DNA of 64,000 nucleotides from Eledone cirrhosa (Eukaryota). Position numbers and translations under genes: made by a program. The notes beneath the pieces were generated by a model. It had not been told where the DNA came from. It worked only from the letters and a program-made list of their open reading frames with translations, and did no database searches. Each line of letters opens with the position of its first letter. Position 1 is the first letter of the stretch. Where the stretch lies: assembly GCA_964016885.1 (NCBI GenBank), contig OZ024740.1, positions 102,300,001-102,364,000 of the forward strand, given 5' to 3'. Below are positions 11,667 through 24,100 of this stretch, in pieces.

Positions 11667-14600
11667 ATGGCCGTACTCAGAATAGGAAGTATAACTGCAC
11701 GTGGCCTGGGGTCATCTTGGAAGTAGGGTCACCTGCTCAACGACCTCAGGTCACTAAACATAGATGTGGTGGCCATCAGTGAGACCAGAATCTCCGAAGC
11801 ACAAGCCTTCGCACCGATCTTCGGCAGCTACAATGTATACGCATCTCCCAGCTGTCCAGGATCGGGGGAGGGGTTGCCGTCCTTTTTCGGAGAGGCTTGG
11901 ATCTCACCATATGGGCCATCTTCCTAGACCCAGAAGGTAAGTCGGTGGTGCTGGACGTGACCAGCAGCGAAGGCAATGCTTTCAGGCTAGTAGCCGTCTA
12001 TGCCCCAAAAGGGGCAGGACGGCCAGATTTCTTCAGATGTCTAGAGACCTTTCTTGGAACGTCCCGCTCTTCAATGTTAGTGGGCGACTGGAACGGTATC
12101 TTGGATGCACGTTGGGATTGTGTGGTGCTAGTGGATAGGGGAGGAGGGTGCAAGAGCCTCACCAACCTGCTCAGACGTTTTGAACTGTCTGACAAGTATT
12201 GATTGGATCACCCGAATGTGCCAATGTGGACATGGACAAACCGCATCGGGTCATCCAGATCGTATCTCAATAAGGTATTCTGCAGAGAACTAGATAAGGC
12301 TAGTATAAGTTGTCCACAATTTAAAATAGTCGACTACACAGACCACAAATTTGTGATCTGTGAGATCGACATAAACAAACTTCATAGACAAGGTCCCGGT
12401 TACTGGAAGCTGAACGCGTCTTTCCCGGTGCGTAAAGTCTACAGAGACCGGATTAGCGTATTAGTTAAGCGGGCGTTGACGGGAGCGGTCGTCAACAACA
12501 GGTGGAGGTTCGCCCTGAAAAGGGCAATTAAAGTAGAGTCGATTAGGTTTAGCAAAGGACTAGTGATAGAGGAAAATAGAGTAGAGGGAGAGCTAATCAG
12601 AAAGCTAGAAGAGGCGTTTAGGACAGGCATCGCAACCGACGTGCTTGCGGCGAGATTGGCACTCGACCAATTCTTCAACGCAAAACACGAAGGCTGCGTT
12701 GTTAGAGCTAGAGCGCATGCTCTGAAACACGAGGGGACAAAAGCCATCCAATGGGCCCGAGTGGCAGAGGCACAACGTGGCAACAAAGCCACAATTTGGT
12801 CTTTGTCTGACCAAACGGTGCTGTTGCTCGAACCCGAGCAGATGTGTGAAGCTTTTCAGCAGCACTTTACTGAACTGTTCGGGAGCAGCGGTGGCCCGGA
12901 TTGGGGCATGGACTTCAGTGCATACCTCGACGGACTGCCTCGGTTCTCGACGAGCGCAGCACAGTGTTGCAAAAAGCCAATAACCCTGCTAAACGCAGAG
13001 TTCAAGATTTTGGCAAAGGTGTTAGCGACGAGTTTGGCGCTTGTTGTCAAGGGTCTGGTGGGAGAGGCGTAGACATGCGCCATTCTGGACAGATCCATAC
13101 ACGACAACCTCCACCTCATGCGATACATCATAGAGAGGGTGGTTAAGGAACCCGGCACAGGTGGGGCCCTGATCAACTTGGATCAATCCAAAGCATTTGA
13201 TAGGGTCGACTATCGGTACCTGGCGGCGGTCCTCGAGGCAGCCGGTTTCGGGCCCGTTTTCAGGGGTTGGATCACTGCGATGTACAGTGACATCTGCTCA
13301 GTTGTGAGGGTGAACGGTCACCTGTTGCAGCCGTTCAGAATCATGCGCTCAGTCCGCCAGGGTTGTCACCTCTTGTCCCTTTTGTACGTATTGGCTCTCG
13401 AGCCAATACTGCACAAACTGGGAGCGATGAGGGGCGTCCTACGCAAACTAGGATGCGGGAAATCCGGGTCGGCTTGTGCCGACGATGTCACCGTGGTGGT
13501 GTCGAGCACAAGACACATCCAGATGCTCGGCACCGCTCTCAAGGAATGCAAGCGGTGACAGGAGCAAAGATAAACCAGGAAAAGTCGGTGGGCTTGCAGC
13601 TCGGCACCTGGAGAGGCAAGTCCATGCCTTCTGACAGCGTCGTGGGGCTTTGGACGGACGGACTGGTTAAATTGCTCGGGGTCTGGTTCGGATCGGACCT
13701 CCAGAGGTAGAAAAACTGGAATGAGGTGACGAGCAGGATGGCCTCCTTCACCCAGAAATGGGCCGAGAGGAAGCTGTCCCTGAAAGGCCGGGCAGAGGTG
13801 GCGAATGCGTACATCGCAACCGTCATCTGCTACCACCTCACCGTCGTCCCTTGTTCCAGCCCAACTCTCACCAAAATGGAGCACCTCCTCTTCCGCTTTT
13901 TGTGGAAGGGACGCACTCCCATTGTCAGACGATCCATCTGCTGTGAACACCCGTTGCGTGGAGGACTGGGCATGCCATGGCTGATGATGCGCAAACATGC
14001 GCTGAGGCTGCGACATCTCTGGTGCTTCCTTGATAGTGAACGGGTGTGGTCGCCATTCGCCAGGCACGTTTTCCCACAGCTTGTCTCCTTGACGTAGCTG
14101 CAGTCCTGGGTCAGAAAAAGACCGAGGGATAGCGCTTGGAAACTGGAATATCTCCAGGCGCTCACTGCCCTCTCCCAGCTGGGCACCAGTATCGGCGGAA
14201 CATCCACCTCGGCATTCTATAGAGGACTAGTGGAGGGAAAGAGCGATGACATTCTCGGAGAGATCCTGGGCGTCGAAGAAGATCAGCTGTTTGCTCTCTT
14301 CCGGAGAACTTTCAGCCCGGGGCCTATGGATAACTTCCAAAAATCCCCGGCCTGGCAGTGCTACCGGGGAGCGCTGCCTGTTCGAGCTAAGCTCTACATG
14401 CACGGAAGTGCTGCCAGCCGAGTCTGTCCGAGATGCGCGCATAGCGACGAAACCGTTGTGCACGCACTCATTCAGTGCCCGATCATTGCTGACTTGTGGA
14501 GCTATGTCGAACAGTTGCTGTCGCGTGTGGGACTGACCCGGTTGTCGATGAGTCCATTGTGCAGATGGTCTCGCTGCCTTCCTTTGAGGAGGAAGGGCAG

Positions 14601-14822
14601 GCGGTTTTCATCTGCCTGGTGGCCATGGCGAAAGAGATTGTGTGGTGGACAAGGTTAAAAGGGTTAAAGACAGACACTTTCCTCTTTGGCGAATCCCTAA
14701 TTAACTTTTTCAAGTTTCACTTGAAGAGGAAAATCAGGGTGGAGAGGCAAGTGCTGCTTTCTAGCAAGTTTGTTGAAAGGTGGGTGAATGTAGCGAGAAT
14801 GTGGGTGAATATACGTCTGTAG
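11667..14822 (+). pseudogene. Tx1 copy A ORF2 (AP endonuclease, reverse transcriptase, zinc finger), disrupted
   Basis: YAP, GDWN, TDH (APE); KAFDRV, VRQGC, CADD at ~13475 in place of YADD; CPRC..H..C. Contains stops, frameshifts and an internal deletion. Confidence 0.9.
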
Positions 14823-15329
14823 TTTGAGAGATGGAAAAATTGAGAGAGGGCGCTTGCCCTGGTGGTCAGGGTGGCCGTGGTCTTTTGTGTGGTTTTCGCC
14901 ACGAGTAACCCTCAGAGGTTTCCCCCCTATTGGGGAATTTTTTATTGTTTATATATATATGTTTCTATGTCCTTTTTTTTCTTTTCTTATATAAATAATA
15001 AAAATATTTACACGCACAAAACCCACATTGTACCGTCCTGTGCCGTCTGTAATGTTTTTATTGATGTCAGCCCTTGTGGCCAATAAAGAAATCATTATTA
15101 TTATTATTATTATTGGCGACCTACGTAGTAAATCGTATCATCATGAGCTCCGCAAAGGTTTGTTATTTTCAGTTGTTTAAAATTGCCATTTATGGAAAAA
15201 TGTTATTGTTAACTGTATATAAGTGCACATACATTGATTTCTGAAAAGGACACTCAAAAATATTGGGGCCTTGAGCCCAAAATTTAAACTTTTTATAATT
15301 ATCAAACAAAAATTTTTCTTTGAAAAATC

Positions 15330-17225
15330 ATGGATGTCGAGTCACTCCTTCCTCACACTCTAACACCTCACACCGACACCACCATTGTAAATATTGCTAC
15401 GTTTGCCAACACTGGAAATGTAAACAGTAGCAATATTTTTAATTTGTCTAAGGCAGACGTTCATTTCCCGCCATTACCAATGACTGCAGGTGTTAAAGCC
15501 GCCACCACCACCACCACCGCGACAACAGAAACAAAAGAAAAAAATAAATTAACTCGTGATATCGAAATTAATTCAACCAAAATTAACTCTTCCACACCGA
15601 ACACCACTGACGCCACCACCACCACAACTGAAACTAAAATTAACAATAGCAAAAATAACGATAACAACAACAGCAACAATGAAATTAAGAAAACTACCCT
15701 GAGTTTTGCCAGAGTAGCAAAAACGTGCGAAGCGATCCAGGTAACTTAGGAGGAATTAGATGAAGCCAAAGGAATGGTAAAGAAAGATGGGTACAGGGTC
15801 AGCCCCCCCCCCCCCCCACCTAATAAAATGAACCAATGTCACCTATGCACCGTGTCTTATCGGACAATTAACATAAAATCGCGCCGAGTGGAACAGGCAT
15901 CTGAGTCCCAAATCCAAAAAGCTTTGGGACGTGTGGGCAAAAAAAACCCACATCAGACGTGGGCAGAAGTATGGAACCGTGGACGTGTTCTTTGAAACAC
16001 CACAGGAGGCCAGAGAACACTCCATGGCCCCATTAAGAAGTGACGACTTCACACTCGTCCCAAGCTATTGTGGCCAGAGACTTGTGAAGATCAGGGTGAC
16101 CCACGTTCCACCGGCCATCGAAATTCCCTGGCAAATAGTTGCCGTCCTCGCTGGCATCGAAGCTTACACCAAAATAATAGAAATAGCAAAAGAAAAGCAG
16201 GAGAACTGGTCCGGATCTGGGATGGAGCTCCTGATCCAAGCGGACCATAAAAGCATTGAGGAGATCCCAGAAGTAATAGACCTCACTGACGGCAGCCACC
16301 TCACCATAATCGTCGAGGGCAGAAGACCTAGGTGTGTCGTTTGTGGTGAAGGAACCCACCTAAGGGCTTTCTGCCCTCAGGCTAAAAGGTTAAGGCCACC
16401 TCTCTTACCCACCCCAGTGACTCAACCATCAACACCACCAGCAGCAGAAATGGCAGCAACAACTGTAGCAGCAACAACAGAAGCAACAACCCCAGCAACA
16501 GTAGCAAAACCAACACCACCACCACAAAACGCGCCAGAACTAGCACCAGCGCCTACACCATCCACCACTCCACAACCAAAACCAACGCCTGTGGAGGATT
16601 TTCCACTCCCTGGCTTATCGCATCTGGAGACAGATTGTGACAACGAGGAGTGGGAAACGGTATCAGGAAAAAAGAAAAAAAGAAAAAATTCTCTTCCTTC
16701 CCCTCCAAAAACAAAATACAGAAGGAAACAAATAAATTATCAAACAAAAAAGTTAGGACATATATGCCACCATCCACACCAGCATCACCAATCCCATCAC
16801 CACAAACACCAACGCCATCACCATCATTAACCCCAACACCACCATCACCAACACCACAAAAGTCACCAAAAAGCGTAACAGAAACAAACCCACAACAAAC
16901 GCAAACAAAACAAAACAACCAAAACGATACACACTACACAGCATTAAATTTGAACAACAACCAATTATTACACTACATGCAACACAACACCAGCATCACA
17001 GAAAAAGACTACACAACAACCCAAAAGTTCACACCACTTCCACACATACAAATCACTCGCATCACACAGAAAACGTACACGACACTAAAACAAAAATTCC
17101 CCAAAGACATCGGAGACTTCCGACAAACACTCTCCAGGAGGATTTATAAGGACATCCTTCCGGAGGAGGCCACAAGCAGTGAAAAGGATGGACAAACCAT
17201 CCTTCCTCTACGAGAAGTAAGGTAA
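15330..17225 (+). pseudogene. Tx1 copy B ORF1 (one stop, two frameshifts)
   Basis: ORFs 15330, 15774, 15931 and 16650 join into one protein: SFARVA, KYGTVDVFF, CVVCGEGTHLRAFC, WETVSGKKKK, Pro-rich linker, C-terminal domain. Confidence 0.8.
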
Positions 17226-17259
17226 GTGGTCTTTCCCATCTTTTCCACTCCATTTTAAC

Positions 17260-20200
17260 ATGACCTCACTCAGAATAGGCAGCATAAATGCGCGTGGTTT
17301 GGGGTCGTCATGGAAGCAGGGTCACCTGCTCAACGACCTCAGGTCACTAAACATAGATGTAGTGGCCATCAACGAGACCAGAATCTCCGAAGCACGGGCC
17401 TTCGCACCGATCTTCGGCGGCTACGATGTGTACGCATCTCCCAGCCGTCCGGGATCGGGGGGAGGAGTTGCTGTGCTTTTTCGGAGAGGTTTGGATCTTG
17501 CCATATGGGCCATCTTCCTCGACCCAGAAGGTAATTTGGTGGTGCTAGACGTGACCAGCGGAGACGGGCAAGCTTTCAGGCTAGTGGCCATCTATGCCCC
17601 GACAGGAGCAGGGCGGCCTCATTTCTTCCGGCGTCTGGAGACCTTTCTTGGAACGTCCCGCTCTTTAGTGTTAGTGGGCGACTGGAACGGGATCTTAGAT
17701 GCACGCTGGGACTGTGTGGGATTAGCCGATAGGGGAGGAGGGTGCAAGAGCCTCACCAACCTGCTCAGGCGTTTTGAACTGTCTGACAGGTACCGATTGG
17801 ATTTCCCGAATGTGCCAATGTCGACTTGGACAAATCGCGTAGGGTCATCCAGATCATATCTAGATAGAGTATTTTGTAGAGAAATAGATAGGTCTAGCAT
17901 AGGCTGTCCACAATTCAAGATAGTCAGCTACACGGACCACAATTCGTGATCTGTGTGCTCGACTTAGATAGGTTTCATAGAAGAGGACCCGGCTACTGGA
18001 AGCTAAACGCGTCCTTAGCAGCGCGCAAGGCCTACAGAGACCGGATTAGCGAACTAGTTAAGCGGGCGTTGACGGGGGCCATCGTCAACAACAAGTGGTG
18101 GTTTGCTCTGAAAAGAGCAATTAGAATAGAATCCATTAGGTTTAGTAAGGCTTTAGCAATAGAGACAAATAGAGCAGAGGGAGCACTAGTTAGAAAATTA
18201 GACGAGGCGCTTAGCAAAGGCATTGCGACCGACGTACTTGCGGCGAAATTGGCCCTTGACCAATTCTTCAAGGCAAAGCACGAAGGCTGCGTTGTCAGAG
18301 CTAGGGTGCGTGCTCTCAGACACGAGGGGACGAAAGCCGTTCAATGGGCCCGAGTGGCGGAGGCACCTCGTGGCAACAAAGCCACGATCCGGTCTTTGGT
18401 GGACCACGACGGGCGCATGCTACTCGATCCCGGGCAAATGTGTGAAGCTTTTCAGCGACACTTCACTCAGCTGTTCGGGGGCAGCGGTGGGCCGGGTCGA
18501 GGGATGGACTTTAGTGTCTACCTCGACGGACTTCCGCGGCTCTCGGCCACTGAGGCGGAGTGTTGCGAAAAGCCAATAACAGCCGCTGAAGTAAAGGAGG
18601 CAATGACTGGCTGTACAAGGGGTAAATCGCCTGGTTTGGATGGTCTGAACTTTACGTACAGATGCCAGACTTGTTCGGAGGCCTCTTGGCAGACGTCTAC
18701 TGCAACTGGCAACAGAACGGGAGAATTCCCAGTTCTGTGAGCCGAGGAGCGGTGGCACTGCTGAGAAAGGATCCGAACAAGGGGGATAACATAGATAATT
18801 TCAGGCCCATAACTCTGCTAAACACAGAGTTCAAGATTTTGGCCAAGGTGATAGCAAAGAGGTTGGCGCTTGTCGTTGGTGGACTGGTGGGAGAGGCGCA
18901 GACATGCACCATTCCCGACAGATCCATCAACAACAACCTCCACCTCATGCGATACATCGTAGAGAGGGTAGCTAGGGAACCTGGCACGGGTGGGTCCTTG
19001 ATCAATTTAGATCACTCGAAAGCTTTCGATAGGGTCGACCATCGTTACCTAGCGGCAGTCCTGAGGGCGGCTGGCTTTGGGCCCGTCTTCAGAGGCTGGA
19101 TCGCTGCCATGCACAGCGACATCTGCTCTGTGGTGAGAGTGAACAGTCACCTTTCGGAACTGTTCAACATCATGCGCTCGGTCTGCCAAGGATGTCCCCT
19201 CTCGTCCCTCTTGTACGTATTGACTCTCGAGCCATTACTGCACAAACTGGAGATGTTGAGGGGCGTCCCGCGCGAACTAGGATGCGGAAGATCCGTGTCA
19301 GCATATGCGGACGATGTCACCATAGTGGTGTCGAACGCCAAACACATCGAGGCGATCGGCACTACACTAAGAGAATACGAAGCGGTGACAGGAGCAATGA
19401 TCAACCAGGAAAAGTCAGTGGGCCTGCAGCTCGGCACCTGGAGAGGCAGGTCCATGCCGTCCAACAGCGTCGTCGGACGCTGGACGGACGGACCGGTTAA
19501 ATTGCTAGGGGTCTGGTTCGGTCCGGACCTCCAGACGGACAAAAACTGGGACGAGGTGACGAGCAGGGTGGCTTCTCTCACCCAGAAATGGGCGGAGAGG
19601 AAGCTATCCCTGAAAGGTTGAGCGGAGGTGGCTAACGCGTACATCGCGTCTGTCATCTGCTACCGCCTGACCGTCGTACCTTGTCCTAAGCCTCGCCTGA
19701 CTGCGCTGGAGCGTTTACTCTTTCGCTTTTTGTGGAAGGGATGCGCTCCGATGGTCAGGCGGTCCATCTGTTGTCAACACCCGCTACGTGGAGGGCTGGG
19801 CATGCTGTGGCTGATGATGCGCAGGCACGTGCTCAGGCTACGACATCTCCACCTCTTCCTCGACGGTGATCAGGTGTGGTCGCCGTTTGCTAGACACGTA
19901 TTTCCCCAGCTCGTCTCCCTGACGGAGCTGCAGTCCTGGGTCAAGCGAAGACCGAGAGGGAGCGCCTGGAGACTGGAATGTCTTCAGGCGCTCACAGCCC
20001 TCGACCAATCGGGCAATGTGATCGGTGGAAACTCCACCTCGGCATTCTATAGAGGATTAGTGGAGGGGAAGAGCGACGACGTACTTGGGGAAACTCTAGG
20101 CGTCGACGAAAATCAACTAGCCAATCTCTTCGGAAGAACTTTCGGGCCAGGGCCTATGGACAACTTCCAGAAATCTCTGGCCTGGCAGTGCTACCGAGGA

Positions 20201-20671
20201 GCCTTGCCAGTTTGGGATAAACTCTACAGGCATGGAGGTGCCGTCAGCCGGGCATGTCCGAGATGCGCGCAGGGCGACGAAACCGTCCTGCACGCACTCG
20301 TCCAGTGTCCGAAAATTGCTGACTTGTGGGTTTATGTCGAACACCTGCTGTCGCGTGTAGGACGGATCCGGCTATCATCTGAGTCCATCGTGAGGATTGC
20401 CCCGCCCTCCTCCTTTAACCGGGAAGGGCAGGCAGTTTTTATCTGTCTGGTGGCCATGGCGAAAGAGATAGTATGGTGGACATGTTTGAAAGGGCTGAAG
20501 ACGAGCACTTACCTCTTCAGTGATGCTCTGATTGACTTTTTCAGATTTCATTTGAAACGGAAAATCAGACTAGAGAGAGAAGTGCTCTCTTCCCAGCATT
20601 TTGTTGAAAGATGGGTGAGAGAAGCAAGAATGGCCCGAGTGAATGGGCCTACTCTGAGTATATATCTGTAA
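17260..20671 (+). pseudogene. Tx1 copy B ORF2 (APE-RT-zinc finger), two frameshifts and one stop
   Basis: INARGL, NETR, YAP, GDWN, YLDR, TDH; PGYWKLN; KSPGLDGL; FRPITLLN; KAFDRV; QGCPLS; YADD at 19304-19315; CPRCAQGDETVLHALVQC. Confidence 0.93.
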
Positions 20672-20929
20672 ATTAAAGGTGGAAAACTGGGAGAGGGCAC
20701 TTGCCTTGGTGGTCAGGGTCACTGTGGCCTTTTACTGGGCTTTCTCCACAAATGTCCCTCCGAAGTCTCCCCCCTATTGGGGAATTTTTCATTATTTTTT
20801 TGTTACATCCTCTGTTTTTGTTTTTTACACGTAGAAATGCCCATTTGTACCGTACTGTATTGTCCTGTACTGTCCTTAATGTCTACTTTATGTGAACCCT
20901 TGTGGTTAATAAAGAAAACATTATTATTA

Positions 20930-20977
<48 letters not shown>

Positions 20978-20978
<1 letters not shown>

Positions 20979-21137
20979 GGGAGTTGGATTTGCAGTTGAG
21001 CATCAGACTTTACAGCATAGAGTTACAGCACTTTACATTCTGAGTTCAAATCTTGCTGAGGTTAGCTATGCCTTTCATCCTTGGTGTCGATAAAATAAAG
21101 TACCAGTAATGCACTGACGTAATTGATGGCCTTGTGT
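20978..21137 (+). mobile_element. diverged (ATT)n-tailed SINE copy abutting the Tx1 B tail
   Basis: catagagttac...ttctgagttcaaatc...gcctttcatcc...gataaaataaagtaccagtaatgcactg. Confidence 0.8.
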
Positions 21138-24100
21138 ATAACTCAATCTGAATATAAGCCAACCCTATCTACCATTTTTGTCTAAGAAATAAACAAATAT
21201 CCATTTTGTTTTTGTTTTTTTTGTACTTCCTCTACCTATTTCATAATTCCATACACATATTTACTAAGTGTGAACATTTCTCTAAACACTGAAGCCAAAA
21301 GAATCTCAAACAGTGTACTCTAGAGCCACTACCTTTCATTTCAAAGCTCTTATCTACTGAATCTATGGAAATGTACATAAGTGTGTTCTATTTCCCAAAT
21401 GGATCACAACTTAGGCCCTGGTAACTACCACCCTAATGTTTCCACACCAATATCTTTCAACAGTGATGATTTTACCTTCTGCTGCAAGTCTTTGAGAATT
21501 TTGGCAAAACGATAGTAATTGCTCTTAGTATGAACAACACCTTTCACTGTGTTTTGTATAAGAACCATCTAACTAAATCAGCCATCTATAGGTTATGCCT
21601 GTCACCTCATAGAACATAAATAGTGTATAATGATGTGGCTCTCTGTTACCCATATATCTTAACTGTGGTGTGACGCAAGATTCATTTATGTCTCCCATAC
21701 ACTTCTTTTTGTTTATTAATGGCTTGACTGCCCTTACTTCTAACTACTCACACATTCTGTGCACATGATACCACATTTCATCTCTCTTTACCTTTTCACA
21801 TACAATTGAAAAATGGTACATAATAACATAATCTCTTTCAATAGCACAAAGACACTATTACTAAACATAATATAGAAACAATCTTGCACTACACTTTCCT
21901 TACACATTGAAAGTGCGCAGTTAAAAGCCTCAAAGTCACTACAAATGCAAGGCCTCAAAAATCTCTGACAATCTCTCATGGTAACAACACATGCCAAAAC
22001 TGTATCCTAAATTCTAGGCTTCCTCTTCAGGAAATATTTTAGCCTTCATTATATGCTGATCTCTACAAAGTTTAATAAGATTTCCATTGCTCATATGTTT
22101 GAGATGGTGCTACTGCTACTCACACCAAATAAATACAGCCATTATCTACCAACATAACATGATTACTAACTTCTATTGCTTCTTCTCTCCACCAATTCTA
22201 CTGCTACTATAATGGTGTTTGTTCATCTGCACTAGCACAATGTATCCTTCTTATTCAGCCTAAGCCCACCATGTTTTTACCATCTCTCTTCTCATTGTAC
22301 CAACTATCTCTCATGCCCAGATCTCACACAAGGCTTTTTACCAAATAGTACCTTTCCAGACCTGTAACCTTCTGGAATTCACATGCATCATCACATGCAT
22401 CATCTACTCTAATATCATCAGTCTATGAGGCCTAAAAATGTGATGACTGCAACCTAACTTCCTGATTGATTTTTCAGAAAAAGTTTAATCATCATAATTT
22501 ATTTTTATCTGCCAAGCTGCTTTGTCATGTACATAGCACATGATGCATTATATATCATTGGTTTTTAAAGCATAGTATGTCTTTACATGGGTGGGTTACA
22601 GGTCAAATTCCTAATTATCTCTCTAAAGAATTGTTTTCTTTAAGAGAAGATTGAACTTAGCACTTGAAACCAATAAAACATCCATCAGTTTTTCAATGTT
22701 ACCACCCCTTCCAGCAATGAAGTATAGTATTCTGTAGTATTTACATAGAAAGTTGATGACATATCCAATAACAATTGTCTAATATGAGCCATTAACCGCA
22801 GCTGGTTGTCATCTATTGCTCATTCCATTTAACCATCTATGCTCTCCAATTATTGCTTTGAACCCATCTGCCCAATACTCTAATTCCAATGATGTTTGAC
22901 TATAGCCTAGTATTCCATTTTGCTGTGCACTTTGGTTTAATGGTTGTTCATGTTGTTGTTATAGATCCCAGCTCTGTAAGTTTATTCATCCCTTTATGAA
23001 GTTGCACCACATAAGTTTTTGTGGGTATTTTAATGATAAAGCACCCAATCCTACTGTTACTGACACTACTTTCTGAACACATCAGCAATTGTTTTACATT
23101 GTTACTTCAGTTTAAGTTCTGTACTGCATTTTCCTGAGTTTTCTTCGTACAATTAGCTGTTGGGAAGCAGGAGCGCCAAACTCTTAATATCCTGATAATA
23201 TTTTTCTGAGAGCAGCAATTGTCTAAAAACAGATTTGTTAAGTCAAATATTTATATTATCTTTACTAGTGGACAAATCTTTATCATCAAGTGAAAGCTTG
23301 CAGTAAACTAAAGACTGGATCAATGTGATGCAACCATAGTGCTGTTTTATACTTTTCGAATATGTATTGCTAATGCAGTTTCATGTGGTACAGGACATTA
23401 TGAGATTATCTATAAAAATAATTTTATCAGTGATTTCCATGTATAAACCCTGGGTTGGGGACCACACATATGGCAGAGAGATCAGAGTTCAAAGGTTTTG
23501 TGTATAACAAAGAATAACATGTCAAGCAAAGAACTGATGCAACCTTCACTCTTGTCGGCTTTGCTTCTATAATTGACTCTACAGGGAAATAGTTTGAGAG
23601 AACTAAGAATATATAATACAACTGTTCCTGATAAACTTATTTGTTTCTCCAAACAAAATATGGAAAAATAAATGAAAGAAATGGTAACAAAGCAAAAGCC
23701 AGACATAATTGACAGTATACAGTGCCATACAGCAGCTATATAGACAATAATGTAAAGAATATTTTTAATGTTTACTTTGGTCTGGCAAGGAATCCAAAAT
23801 AAAAATATATATATGTATATAAAAAAACTCAACTGAAATGTTACAGTTATAGCTGTACAAAAAGATAAGAGAAGTGAAATAGGAAGAATGAATAATATAA
23901 ATTGAATAAACAAGTCAAAGCATCACTGATGAAGGCTGCTCAGCTATCTTTAAAGCAAAACTGATTCTAGATAAAATAATATATCAGTAGTTTGAACAAT
24001 TTTCAAAGTTTACCTTTTGTATAATATCTACCCCACAAAACTCTTGTACCTCTCAACACACCACCACTTTATGCTCTATAAAACTATTAGAATATATTAT

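Larger units (their letters stand above)
9380..15113 (+). mobile_element. Tx1/L1-clade non-LTR retrotransposon, copy A (near full length, decayed)
   Basis: 5' UTR, ORF1 with CCHC knuckle, ORF2 with APE-RT-C-terminal zinc finger, 3' UTR ending AATAAA + (ATT)n. Confidence 0.9.
15114..20977 (+). mobile_element. Tx1/L1-clade non-LTR retrotransposon, copy B (near full length)
   Basis: Same organisation as copy A. Starts right after copy A's (ATT)n tail and ends AATAAA + long (ATT)n. Confidence 0.92.

Noticed and set aside
20821-20840. Acceptor in Tx1 B 3' UTR (tttttacacgtag) as partner of the ORF1 donor
   Set aside because: Copy A has acacgcac at the equivalent place, so the AG is not conserved.
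21300-22400. Possible ancient L2/CR1-type LINE remnant
   Set aside because: Too degraded to support by eye; no continuous diagnostic motif.
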